Counted from the first letter of the stretch, positions 24,716 to 32,880 are shown. The stretch is 43,387 nt of DNA from Candidatus Methylomirabilota bacterium (GCA_046725765.1 JBKOZH010000010.1:1-43387), one strand, 5' to 3'. The notes: a model not told the origin generated them from the sequence alone. Translations and numbers: made by a program.

Positions 24716-26332
24716 ATGCCGCCCCATCGCCTTGCGTATCGTCCGACCGTCATGGGTCGCCGCGGCGTCGTCACCTCCGCCCACCCGCTGGCGTCGATGG
24801 CGGGCATCGAGATGCTGCTCGCTGGCGGCAACGCGGTCGACGCCGCCGTCGCCGTCGCCTCCACGCTCAACGTCGTCGAGCCGTTCATGTCGGGCGCCGC
24901 GGGTATCGGCCTGATGCTCATCTCGCGCGGCGGCGAGCGCCACGTGCTCGACTTCGTCGGCCGCGCCCCCCGCGCCGCCGACGCCGCGCGCTGCACCGAG
25001 GATGAGCTGGCCGGCGGCGCGAAGTCATGCGCAATACCGGGCAACCTCGGCGGCTGGCTGGCCGCCCTGGAGCGCTTCGGCAGCATGGATCGCGCGCGCG
25101 TCCTGGGGCCCGCCATCGGGCACGCCGAGCGCGGTGTGCCGCTGACCTTCAAGAACGTCGAGTTCTTCGAGGCGGCACGCGCCACGCTGCAGCGCTCACC
25201 GGAGGCGACGCGGCTCTATCTGGGCAACGGCGGACCCCGCGCGGGAGCGGTGGTGACCTACAAGGAGCTCGCGGCGACGCTGCGTCAGGTGGCCGAGGGC
25301 GGCGCCGAGGTTTTCTATCGCGGCCCCATCGCCAAGGCGATCGCGCGCGCCGTCGGCGAGGCGGGCGGCTGGCTCGCCGAAGAAGATCTCGCAACGTTCA
25401 CCCCCGAATGGCGCGAGCCGGCGACGATCGCGTATCGCGGCCAGCGAATCTACTCCATGCCGCCGCCGTTCTCCGCGTTCCAGATGCTGGAGACGCTCAA
25501 CATTCTCGAGGGCTACGACGTCGACGCGTGGGGCCACAATTCGGTCGACTATCTGCACCATCTGATCGAATCGGTGAAGCTCGCGTCGGCGGACCGTCTC
25601 GCCTACGCCTATGCCGGAGAGGCGCCGATCACCGGTCTGCTGTCCAAGAAATACGCGGACAGCCAGCGCGCGCGGATCGACGCCAAGCGCGCGGCGGTCA
25701 GCGAGGGTGAGCGGCACAACCGAGAGCGCCTGCCGAATCAGATCACCGAGGGCCATCCCGCGAAGTTCGCCAACGAGCACACGACGCACTTCGCGTGCGC
25801 CGACGCCAACGGCATGGTTGTCTCGGTCACGCAGACGCTCGGCGTCCCGTTCGGCTCGGGCTTTGCCATCCCTGGCAGCGGGCTGGTGCTCAACAACATC
25901 CTCAAATGGATGGATCGCGATCCCGAGTCGCCGAACGTGGTGCGCGGCGGCCGCAAGGCGGGAACGATGATGTCGCCGACCCAGGTGTTCCACGATGGAA
26001 CGTTTTTTCTCTCCATCGGGACGCCGGGCTCGTACGGGATTCTGCAAACGACAGCGCAGATGCTACTCAACGTCCTCGACTTCGGTATGAACGTCCAGGA
26101 GGCGATCGAGGCGCCGCGCGTACGCGTCTATCGCGACCGGCTGATTGACGCCGAGGCACGCATCGGGGCGGAAATCCGTGACGGCCTGGCGCAGCGCGGC
26201 CACCAGGTGAATGCGATCGACGACTGGTCCTGGATCGTGGGCGGTGGGCAGGGGTTGATGCGCGACCCGGCGTCGGGCGCGCTCATGGCGGGCGCCGATC
26301 CCCGCCGCGACGGCTACGCCCTCGCGGTCTGA
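24716..26332 (+). CDS. ggt: Gamma-glutamyltransferase family protein, no signal peptide (predicted cytoplasmic)
   Basis: 538 aa. GVVTSAHPLASMAGIEMLLAGGNAVDAAVA. The autoprocessing/nucleophile region is EHTTHFACADANGMVVS. Also GSGLVLNN, MSPT, GTPGSYGILQT and GADPRRDGYA. Confidence 0.9.
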   Translation: MPPHRLAYRPTVMGRRGVVTSAHPLASMAGIEMLLAGGNAVDAAVAVASTLNVVEPFMSGAAGIGLMLISRGGERHVLDFVGRAPRAADAARCTEDELAGGAKSCAIPGNLGGWLAALERFGSMDRARVLGPAIGHAERGVPLTFKNVEFFEAARATLQRSPEATRLYLGNGGPRAGAVVTYKELAATLRQVAEGGAEVFYRGPIAKAIARAVGEAGGWLAEEDLATFTPEWREPATIAYRGQRIYSMPPPFSAFQMLETLNILEGYDVDAWGHNSVDYLHHLIESVKLASADRLAYAYAGEAPITGLLSKKYADSQRARIDAKRAAVSEGERHNRERLPNQITEGHPAKFANEHTTHFACADANGMVVSVTQTLGVPFGSGFAIPGSGLVLNNILKWMDRDPESPNVVRGGRKAGTMMSPTQVFHDGTFFLSIGTPGSYGILQTTAQMLLNVLDFGMNVQEAIEAPRVRVYRDRLIDAEARIGAEIRDGLAQRGHQVNAIDDWSWIVGGGQGLMRDPASGALMAGADPRRDGYALAV

Positions 26333-26335
26333 GCG

Positions 26336-26590
26336 CTACAAGCGGGGGAGCAGCCAGTCGACGACGGACGCTGGGCCCTGAAGCGATAACGTCTGCGCGA
26401 AATGGAAGATCGCGAGCGCGCCGCCCAGGACGATCGTGATGAGCGTTGCCAGGCGCGCGCTGCGTCCCCAGTGGGCGTCCGAGGGCGTTGGCACGTGATC
26501 GACCGTCAGAGTGTGTGAAGTCTGCGCCGTCGCGCTCAGTCGTCTCAGCTCGTTGGCGCGACGTCGCTCATCGACCGTGAGTCGATTCAT
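26336..26590 (-). CDS. Hypothetical 84-aa protein with one C-terminal TM helix
   Basis: SD GGAGGAG lies 8 nt upstream of the ATG at 26590. Sequence MNRLTVDERRRANELRRL...LATLITIVLGGALAIFHFAQTL. It is the last gene of the minus-strand TPR/DUF cluster. Confidence 0.5.
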   Translation of the reverse strand: MNRLTVDERRRANELRRLSATAQTSHTLTVDHVPTPSDAHWGRSARLATLITIVLGGALAIFHFAQTLSLQGPASVVDWLLPRL

Positions 26591-26644
26591 CGCTACAGCT
26601 CCTCCGCCTCGTTCGGGTGCAAGAGGTTTGCCACGGCCGCGACG

Positions 26645-27694
26645 TCAGCGTGCCGGCGCCGGGCCGGCAATTCGTTGCGCAGCGGCCCAGCGTGCGGGCG
26701 GGACAGCGCGCGCGATTTGTGTCGCCGTGCGGTCCGCGGCATCCCCGACCGCGCGCAGCAGCGCGGCGTGCGTGAGCTGGCTGTACGCGCGTCCGGCCGG
26801 CGAGCCGAGGAAATCGACGTAGGCCTTGAGCTCGGCGTCGCTGAGCGGGCCATAGACGTAGAGCATCTGCGCGAGGACGTTGTTGGCCACACCGGCCGTC
26901 ATCTGCGGCCGCATCTCTTCGACGCGCCGCTCGATCACGCCGATTCGCGCGCGGCGATCGGCGGGCGCGGCCGTCGCGGATGCGCGCGCGACGCTGGCGA
27001 CGATCACCAACGTGAGATCCGTCGTGTCGTGGCTGGTGCCGGTGACCCAATCGAGCCGCTGCACCAGCTCCAGGCGCGACGGCGTCGGCGGCGATGCTTT
27101 GAGACCGGCCGCGAACGCAACAATCTTCTCCGCGCTCTCGGGCTTCGAGGCGTCGATCTCCAGCGCGCTGATCTTGCGCGCGAGCGGCGAGCGGAACCAC
27201 GCGGCCATCGTCGCGAGGTGTCGCGCCTCCACGCGGCTGGCGACGTCGTCGCGCATTGCCGCGTAGATCGGCTGGGATGCGAACTGGCGGGCGATGATCT
27301 GTGCGACGCGGCCGCCGTCACGCTCGGACAATTGGCCGGGCGCCGGCAAGTATCCGGCGCCGATCGAGCGCACCAGGTTGGGGAGCTGCGGCCGCACGCC
27401 GGACAGCTCGAGAATCTCGTCGACGGTGGCCGGCGCAGCGGAAATGACGACGTCGTTCTGGAGCGGCGGTGCCGATGCGGTCGCGCTGGCGGCAGTGGGC
27501 TCCGCCGGCGTGACGTCCGGCGCTGTGACGACAGGCAGCGGTTCCGGCGCAGGCATCGCCGTGGTGACGACGCCGTCCTGGGGAGGCTGATCGCTGTACA
27601 CGACGCTGGCGCCGTCGATCCAGCGGTACACTTCGCCAGCCGACGCCGGCGCCACCAGCGCGCCGACGGCGAGGAGCGCGAACACGAGCTTCAT
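26645..27694 (-). CDS. Exported DUF4124 + DUF2059-like repeat protein
   Basis: Trimmed to ATG 27694 (SD GGGAGG). Signal peptide MKLVFALLAVGALVAPASA. EVYRWIDGASVVYSDQPP matches the DUF4124 N-terminal motif. MAAWFRSPLARKI and SDAELKAYVDFLGSPAGRAY resemble DUF2059 repeats. A Pro/Ala linker joins them. Confidence 0.65.
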   Translation of the reverse strand: MKLVFALLAVGALVAPASAGEVYRWIDGASVVYSDQPPQDGVVTTAMPAPEPLPVVTAPDVTPAEPTAASATASAPPLQNDVVISAAPATVDEILELSGVRPQLPNLVRSIGAGYLPAPGQLSERDGGRVAQIIARQFASQPIYAAMRDDVASRVEARHLATMAAWFRSPLARKISALEIDASKPESAEKIVAFAAGLKASPPTPSRLELVQRLDWVTGTSHDTTDLTLVIVASVARASATAAPADRRARIGVIERRVEEMRPQMTAGVANNVLAQMLYVYGPLSDAELKAYVDFLGSPAGRAYSQLTHAALLRAVGDAADRTATQIARAVPPARWAAAQRIAGPAPAR

Positions 27695-27705
27695 GGACCG
27701 CCTCC

Positions 27706-29094
27706 CTAGTCCTGATTCCATCCGAGAATCACGCGCGGATCCGGCGTCGGCGGCAGCGCTGCGCCGGCACCCCAGCGCTGGAACTTCGCCAGGAACTCCG
27801 TCGGCTCTCGAACGCTCTCGCCGCGAACGCCGCGTGCGACGCCCAGCGCATGCTCGGTATGCGTGCGATACCCATCCCAGTCGCCGCGCGCATAGAGCGC
27901 GCGGGCGAGCGCCAATTGGCCGCCGACATCGTCGGGGAACAGCTCCACGGCGCGGGTGAGGGCGCGCTCGGCTTCATCCCAGCGCTGAGCGGCAAGCAGC
28001 ACTCGACCGAGGTTGTGCCACGTGCGCCAGGAGTCGGGGTCGGCCTCGACGCCGCGCTGCAGCCAGCGGATCGCCGCCTCGCGGTCGCCGTCGTCGAGCG
28101 CCAGACGCGCCTTGTACGAGTACGGACGGGCGAACGCGGGCGAGAGCCGCAGGCTCTCGTCGAAGAGGCGCGCCGCGCCGTCGGCGTCGTCGTCGCGCAG
28201 ATAGCGCTGCTTTGCGATCATGAACAGCGACTCGGCCCGCTTGGATACCGGCCGCGTGCCGCCGAGACGGATCCGGACGAACCGATTGCCCGATTCCTTG
28301 TTGGCGGCGGAACCCGTAACGCGCGTGCCCTCGTCGACCATGAGGCGACCGAGTCGCATGTAGCCCTCGTCGGTGAGCCACTGGCCGTACCACCAGATGC
28401 AGTCGGCCGACTCCGGCTGCGCCAGCGCGGCGAGCCTGAAGGCCTTGAAGACGTCATCGGACGAGCCGTGGCCGGCCTTCTTCTGATTCGCCTCCGCGCA
28501 GTAATCCCGGCCCGCCTCGACGATCGCGTGGCGGTAGGCGAGGCGGCGCGCGCCGGTGAGGTCGCCCTTCTCCATCATGATGTCGATCTGGAGCTCGACC
28601 AGCTGCTCGAGCGCTGGCGTGCGCTTGAGCAGCGGCCGCTGGACGAACGGCGGTGCCCATCGAAACACGAGCTGGGCCGGTGTGGGCTGCGTGGCGAGGA
28701 TGCCGTCGAGCTCCCGCAATGCGCGGTCATAGTCGCCGATGCGCGTTGCGAACGACGCCATCCGATACCGGGCCGCGTTGTCGTTCGGCGCGAGCGACTG
28801 AGCCTGCGCGTACGCCTGCGCGGCCTCGTCGAATTCGCCCATGAACTCGGCCATGCCGCCGCGCGCGAGCTGCGCGGCGATGGAGCGCGGCGCGACCTCC
28901 ACCGCGCGGCGTGCCGTCTCGAGCGCGTCCTGATGTCGGCCCTGCACGTATGCCGCGCGCGCGCGCTCCACCAGCACGGCGGCCGACTCGCCGAGCGGCG
29001 CAGGCCGCTGCTGCGCCCTCGCGGCCACCGCGCCGATGCAGACGAGGAACGCCACGCTTGCGACCGTCACACGCCGCCGCGCCGCGCCGCTCAT
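27706..29094 (-). CDS. Exported TPR-repeat protein (paralog B)
   Basis: 462 aa. Signal peptide MSGAARRRVTVASVAFLVCIGAVAARA. It has N-terminal TPRs, a central Cys-pair region, and C-terminal TPRs (WRTWHNLGRVLLAAQRWDEAERALTRAVELFPDD). The ATG overlaps the upstream stop (ATGA). Confidence 0.7.
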   Translation of the reverse strand: MSGAARRRVTVASVAFLVCIGAVAARAQQRPAPLGESAAVLVERARAAYVQGRHQDALETARRAVEVAPRSIAAQLARGGMAEFMGEFDEAAQAYAQAQSLAPNDNAARYRMASFATRIGDYDRALRELDGILATQPTPAQLVFRWAPPFVQRPLLKRTPALEQLVELQIDIMMEKGDLTGARRLAYRHAIVEAGRDYCAEANQKKAGHGSSDDVFKAFRLAALAQPESADCIWWYGQWLTDEGYMRLGRLMVDEGTRVTGSAANKESGNRFVRIRLGGTRPVSKRAESLFMIAKQRYLRDDDADGAARLFDESLRLSPAFARPYSYKARLALDDGDREAAIRWLQRGVEADPDSWRTWHNLGRVLLAAQRWDEAERALTRAVELFPDDVGGQLALARALYARGDWDGYRTHTEHALGVARGVRGESVREPTEFLAKFQRWGAGAALPPTPDPRVILGWNQD

Positions 29095-30557
29095 CGCGTT
29101 GATACCGGCGTCGGGCCGCTCCGCGCGTCGGCGCCGTAACGGGCATTGAGGTACGCGCGCTCGGCCTGCAGGCTCGGATCGAGGCGTACCGCGATCTGCA
29201 GCGCGCGCTCGCCCTCGGCCTGCTGGCCGAGCTCCATCAGCGTCCAGCCTACGTTGGCGTGCAGCCGCGCGTCATTGGGGCTGATGGCGAGCGCCTTGCG
29301 GTAGGCGCCGAGGGCATCGGGCCACCGCTTGAGGTTGGCGCTCGTCACGCCGTAGTTGTAGAGCGCCCGCCAGTGATCGGGATTCACCTTGACCGCGCGC
29401 TCGAGCCACACGCGCGCTTGCTCGTAATCCCCCCGGTTCATGAAGAGGCGGCCGATGTTGTGGTGCGGCCACGAGAAGCTCGGATCGGCATCGATGGCCT
29501 TCTGAAAGACGACGATTGCGTCGTCTGGCGCGTCGTGCACGTGCTGCAGTCGCCAGCCGGCGATATTCAGCGCCTCCGCCAGGCGCGGAACGTTGTGATC
29601 CGGGAGACGGTAGCGCAGGAAGTATTGCGCGCGCTGCCGCGTCTCCTGGCGTGGGGAATTCGCGATTCGGTCAAGCAGCATGAGGCGCGCCAGCCGCGCG
29701 CCGCCGTCGTCGGCGATGGCGACCGCGATCGGCACGGCGCAGTCCGCACGGTCGGGCTGCGTAAGGATTGCGAGCAGGGCGGCGGTTTCGTCGTCGAGCG
29801 GGAGACCGTGCCGCCCGCAATAGTCGGCGTCCTGGCGTAGCCAGCCGCGCTCACGCGCGAACTCCAATGCCCGGTCGCGGCGTCCGTCTTCGACGAGCAC
29901 CCGGAAGACCCACCGCTGCACCGCCCCGTGCGAGGCGTCGTACGAGAAGCCATAGGCTTCGCGCGCCCCGGCCACGCACATCTGCCAGACACGAACGGGG
30001 TTCGGCCAGTGCATCGGCAGGCATGTCACGACGTGCGCGGCCGCGGACCGCACGCCGACACTGGCGTGCTCGCGCCAGGGCCCATCGGTTGTGCCGAGGC
30101 TTTGCACCGCGAGATCCACCCGGCCCAACCGCTCGGCGACGCCGGCGACGCGCCGGCTCGTGTCCGCCGACGGCGCGAGGGCGGTCGCGCGCTGGAATGC
30201 CGCGAGCGCCTCCTCATACTCGCCGAGGATCTCGGCCGCTTCGCCGTGGCCCACGTGCGCGACGAGGACGTCGGGCGCGGCGACGGCGGCCACGCGGTAC
30301 TGCTCGAGCGCCTCCCGGAAGGCGTGGCGATGAACCGCGGCCTGAGCGGCGCGCAGCGCCACGCCGGCCTTCGCCGGGCCGGCGCAGGCGGGGAGGATGC
30401 GGTCGATGGGAACGACGCCGCCGAGCCGGGCGCACGCGCTCGCACGCAGCTGAGCCACCGAAACACCCGTGAGGACGAGAAGCGCGACGAAGAGAATGCC
30501 GGCGAGAAGCAGGACGACCAGAACCCGCGCCCCCCGGCGTACCGCTGGTGGAGCCAT
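29091..30557 (-). CDS. Membrane-anchored TPR-repeat protein (paralog A)
   Basis: 488 aa. N-terminal TM anchor VLVVLLLAGILFVALLVLTGV. TPRs include HHNIGRLFMNRGDYEQARVWLERAVKVNPDHWRALYNYGVTSANLKRWPDALGAYRKALAISPNDARLHANVGW. Domain order matches the downstream gene. Confidence 0.7.
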   Translation of the reverse strand: MAPPAVRRGARVLVVLLLAGILFVALLVLTGVSVAQLRASACARLGGVVPIDRILPACAGPAKAGVALRAAQAAVHRHAFREALEQYRVAAVAAPDVLVAHVGHGEAAEILGEYEEALAAFQRATALAPSADTSRRVAGVAERLGRVDLAVQSLGTTDGPWREHASVGVRSAAAHVVTCLPMHWPNPVRVWQMCVAGAREAYGFSYDASHGAVQRWVFRVLVEDGRRDRALEFARERGWLRQDADYCGRHGLPLDDETAALLAILTQPDRADCAVPIAVAIADDGGARLARLMLLDRIANSPRQETRQRAQYFLRYRLPDHNVPRLAEALNIAGWRLQHVHDAPDDAIVVFQKAIDADPSFSWPHHNIGRLFMNRGDYEQARVWLERAVKVNPDHWRALYNYGVTSANLKRWPDALGAYRKALAISPNDARLHANVGWTLMELGQQAEGERALQIAVRLDPSLQAERAYLNARYGADARSGPTPVSTR

Positions 30558-30567
30558 TGTTCTGTCC

Positions 30568-30627
30568 CCCGGGTGGTGGAACCACCACCCGAAAACGTGT
30601 CCCGGGTGGTGGAACCACCACCCGAAA
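30568..30627. repeat. Two identical 27-bp direct repeats (CCCGGGTGGTGGAACCACCACCCGAAA), each containing a perfect 9+9 bp inverted repeat, with 33-bp periodicity
   Basis: Read directly from the sequence. Copies lie at 30568-30594 and 30601-30627. Arms are GGGTGGTGG / CCACCACCC separated by AA. The element sits in the 155-bp gap between the ferritin-like gene stop (30713) and the TPR-A ATG (30557). Confidence 0.95.
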
Positions 30628-30712
30628 CCATAGTGGCGTTTTCCAGCGGCGGGGTGCGAGCAAAATCGTCCGAGCGCTTCGAACTTCGCGTCGAATCAGG
30701 CAGAAGACGCGG

Positions 30713-31366
30713 TCAGGCGCGCGCGTCGACGCGGGCGCGGTGCGCGCGATAGGCGCCGAACACGCGCTCGTTCATCTCCTGGCAGGCGGCTCGCGCGCGG
30801 GCCTGCTCCTGGGGCGTGTCGCAGAGCAGCGTCAACGCCCGACGACCGATTGCGGCGTGGCGGCGCTCGTCCGGCAGGATGGCGCTGCGATAGAGGTCAG
30901 CCGTCTCCGGATCGACGTCGGCCGCCAGCGCGATCAGCGTCTCGAACCCGTCGCACGACTGCGTTTCTCCGGCGAACTGGAACATCGCCAGCTTCTCGAG
31001 CGTCGGCCGCGCGCGGCAGGCGACGAGCCAGTCGAACAGCGCCTCCCACTCCGGCAGCGGCCGATACGCATCCGGATCCTCGCCGAGGTCGAGCAGGCGC
31101 CGTCGGAGCAGGTGATAGTGCCGGTGCTCGTCGTCGAGCTGGCCCGGCAACAGCGCGCGGATCTCGCACTCGCCCACGTACGGGATCCACGCCGCAATCA
31201 GCTCGACGGAGCGGAGCTCGTTGTACACGCCCTGGCGCATCCGGTAGCGGATCTGCTCGAGTCGAACCGCCGGTGGCGCGCTCGGCTCCAGCCGCACGTC
31301 GCGACCGCGCCAGAACGCCGCGTTGTCCGCGGCGAGCGCGGTGACGAAATCGCGCGTGGAGGTCAC
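30713..31366 (-). CDS. Ferritin-like / diiron-carboxylate superfamily protein (two ExxH motifs), cytoplasmic
   Basis: Trimmed from the 268-aa track ORF to GTG 31366, which overlaps the DUF3047 stop (GTGA). Ligand pattern is NELRSVE ... DDEHRH ... AGETQ ... PDERRH. No signal peptide. Confidence 0.6.
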   Translation of the reverse strand: MTSTRDFVTALAADNAAFWRGRDVRLEPSAPPAVRLEQIRYRMRQGVYNELRSVELIAAWIPYVGECEIRALLPGQLDDEHRHYHLLRRRLLDLGEDPDAYRPLPEWEALFDWLVACRARPTLEKLAMFQFAGETQSCDGFETLIALAADVDPETADLYRSAILPDERRHAAIGRRALTLLCDTPQEQARARAACQEMNERVFGAYRAHRARVDARA

Positions 31367-32037
31367 GGCGCCTTGAATCGGATGCTGCCGATCATCGCCT
31401 CCGACGTGCTGTGCGTGTCGTTGGAGTCGATGGACAGCGAGAGCACCGCCGGATCGTCGGGCGCCTCGCCGTAGATCTTTTTGAAATCCTCGAGGAGGTT
31501 GCGCTTCTCCGTGACCCACTTATTGAGCTCAGCGGGACCCGACTGCACCACAACGTAAGTGACCATGGCCGTTTTCTCGCTGCGGCAGATCGTGCCGACG
31601 GGCTGGGTCGTGTCCCAGACGTAGCCGATGACGCGCGAGCGCACCGTTTCCGGAAATCGCGGCCAGACGACGAAGACCTGGCCGGCCTGGTCGTCCGTCG
31701 CCTTCTTGCACGAGTTGCCGTCCTTGGGCAGGACGATCGACTTCCACGCCCACTCGAGGATGGGCGTCTCCTTCAGACGCACCTTGCCCTTGATGTCCCG
31801 GTTCAGCGTCGTGCTGTCATCGCGGCTCTTGAGGTGCAGTGCACGACGACCGTCGTCGTCGACGATGCGAAGGTTGCCGTAATTCGGGGATCCCCAGTTC
31901 TGCGGCTTCCAGTCGCCGGGTAGCCCGGTCGCGCCGACCTTGTAGGCTTTCCAGTCTTCGATGACGAGGTCGGCGGCCACGGCGACTGCAGCGAGCGCGA
32001 GCACGGCGAGGGCGAGGAGGAGAACGCGGCGAGTCAT
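31363..32037 (-). CDS. Exported DUF3047-family protein
   Basis: 224 aa. Signal peptide MTRRVLLLALAVLALAAVAVA. PILEWAWKSIVLP, ATDDQAGQVFVVW, VIGYVWDT, WVTEKRNLLEDFKKIYGEAPDDP and LSIDSNDTHSTSEAMIGSIRF match my recollection of the DUF3047 pattern. Confidence 0.7.
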   Translation of the reverse strand: MTRRVLLLALAVLALAAVAVAADLVIEDWKAYKVGATGLPGDWKPQNWGSPNYGNLRIVDDDGRRALHLKSRDDSTTLNRDIKGKVRLKETPILEWAWKSIVLPKDGNSCKKATDDQAGQVFVVWPRFPETVRSRVIGYVWDTTQPVGTICRSEKTAMVTYVVVQSGPAELNKWVTEKRNLLEDFKKIYGEAPDDPAVLSLSIDSNDTHSTSEAMIGSIRFKAP

Positions 32038-32059
32038 GAGCCCATGATACCGTCAGCGC

Positions 32060-32425
32060 GTGGAGTCGCTGCGTATCGACAAATGGCTGTGGGCTGCGCG
32101 CGTGTTCAAAACGCGCAGCCTTGCGGCCGACGCCTGCGATGGCGGGAAAGTCGACATCAACGACCAGTCGGCCAAGCCGGCGAAGGCCGTCCGCCCCGGC
32201 GACTATATAAAGGTCTCGCTGCCGCAGGGGCGCCGGCGCATCCTCAAGGTGGTCGGGCTGGACGAGCGGCGTGGCAGCGCGGCGCACGCGCGGCTGCTGT
32301 ACGACGATCTGACCCCGCCGGAGCCGCCGCGCCTGCGCTGGGCGCGCCCGCCGTTCCGTCCACCCGGAGCGGGGCGTCCGACCAAGCGCGAGCGGCGCGA
32401 ACTCGACCGGCTACGCGACGTCTAG
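32060..32425 (+). CDS. hslR: S4-domain RNA-binding protein, heat-shock protein 15 (HslR)-like
   Basis: 121 aa, GTG start. LRIDKWLWAARVFKTRSLAADACDGGKVDINDQSAKPAKAVRPGDYI is an Hsp15 S4 signature, followed by a basic C-terminal tail. Confidence 0.85.
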   Translation: MESLRIDKWLWAARVFKTRSLAADACDGGKVDINDQSAKPAKAVRPGDYIKVSLPQGRRRILKVVGLDERRGSAAHARLLYDDLTPPEPPRLRWARPPFRPPGAGRPTKRERRELDRLRDV

Positions 32426-32661
32426 CGCGGCGGGCCGCCGCGCTTGCCGCGTCGTCGAGCGCGCGGTAGAGCGCGAACGATCGTCTTTGAAACCGGCGAG
32501 CTTGACGACGTGGCGCGCGTCGTCTGGAGCATCACCGTGGCTTCACCGCCCGTCGTTTCCTTGTCCGGGATGTCCTGGAGCTCTTTCACCCGCACGCCGG
32601 CGATCTCGCCATAGGCGAAGGTCGCGCGCGCACACGCGCATGACCTCGGCCCACGCGAGCA

Positions 32662-32880
32662 TCAGCGTCGGCCGTCTGGGCACGCGATACGCGATGCCCA
32701 CTCGTCGAGCATGACCTCGTCGTCGGCGCGCCGAACCATCGTGACGCACCACACGATCCACACGGAAAGCGTCAGCATGATCGCCGCGAACAGGTGCGGG
32801 TGCCGGACGGGCCCGATCTCGAGCCACTTGAAGAGCAGGATGCCGAGCACGGAGAACACGACGCCGGAGACCGCCGTCAT
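32662..32880 (-). CDS. 72-codon ORF encoding two TM helices; probably the 5' part of a longer interrupted gene (see finding)
   Basis: This is the 3' end of the 218-aa track ORF, from ATG 32880. Sequence MTAVSGVVFSVLGILLFKWLEIGPVRHPHLFAAIMLTLSVWIVWCVTMV, ending at TGA 32662-32664. The same frame then stays open to TAG 32422-32424. Confidence 0.45.
   Translation of the reverse strand: MTAVSGVVFSVLGILLFKWLEIGPVRHPHLFAAIMLTLSVWIVWCVTMVRRADDEVMLDEWASRIACPDGRR

Noticed and set aside
30026-31474. ORFs whose translations contain a repeated peptide (PGGGTTTRKRVPGGGTTTRN on plus; SGGGSTTRDTFSGGGSTTRG on minus)
   Set aside because: The peptide repeat is simply the translation of the tandem DNA palindrome at 30568-30627. 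The ORFs otherwise overlap the TPR-A and ferritin-like genes out of frame.
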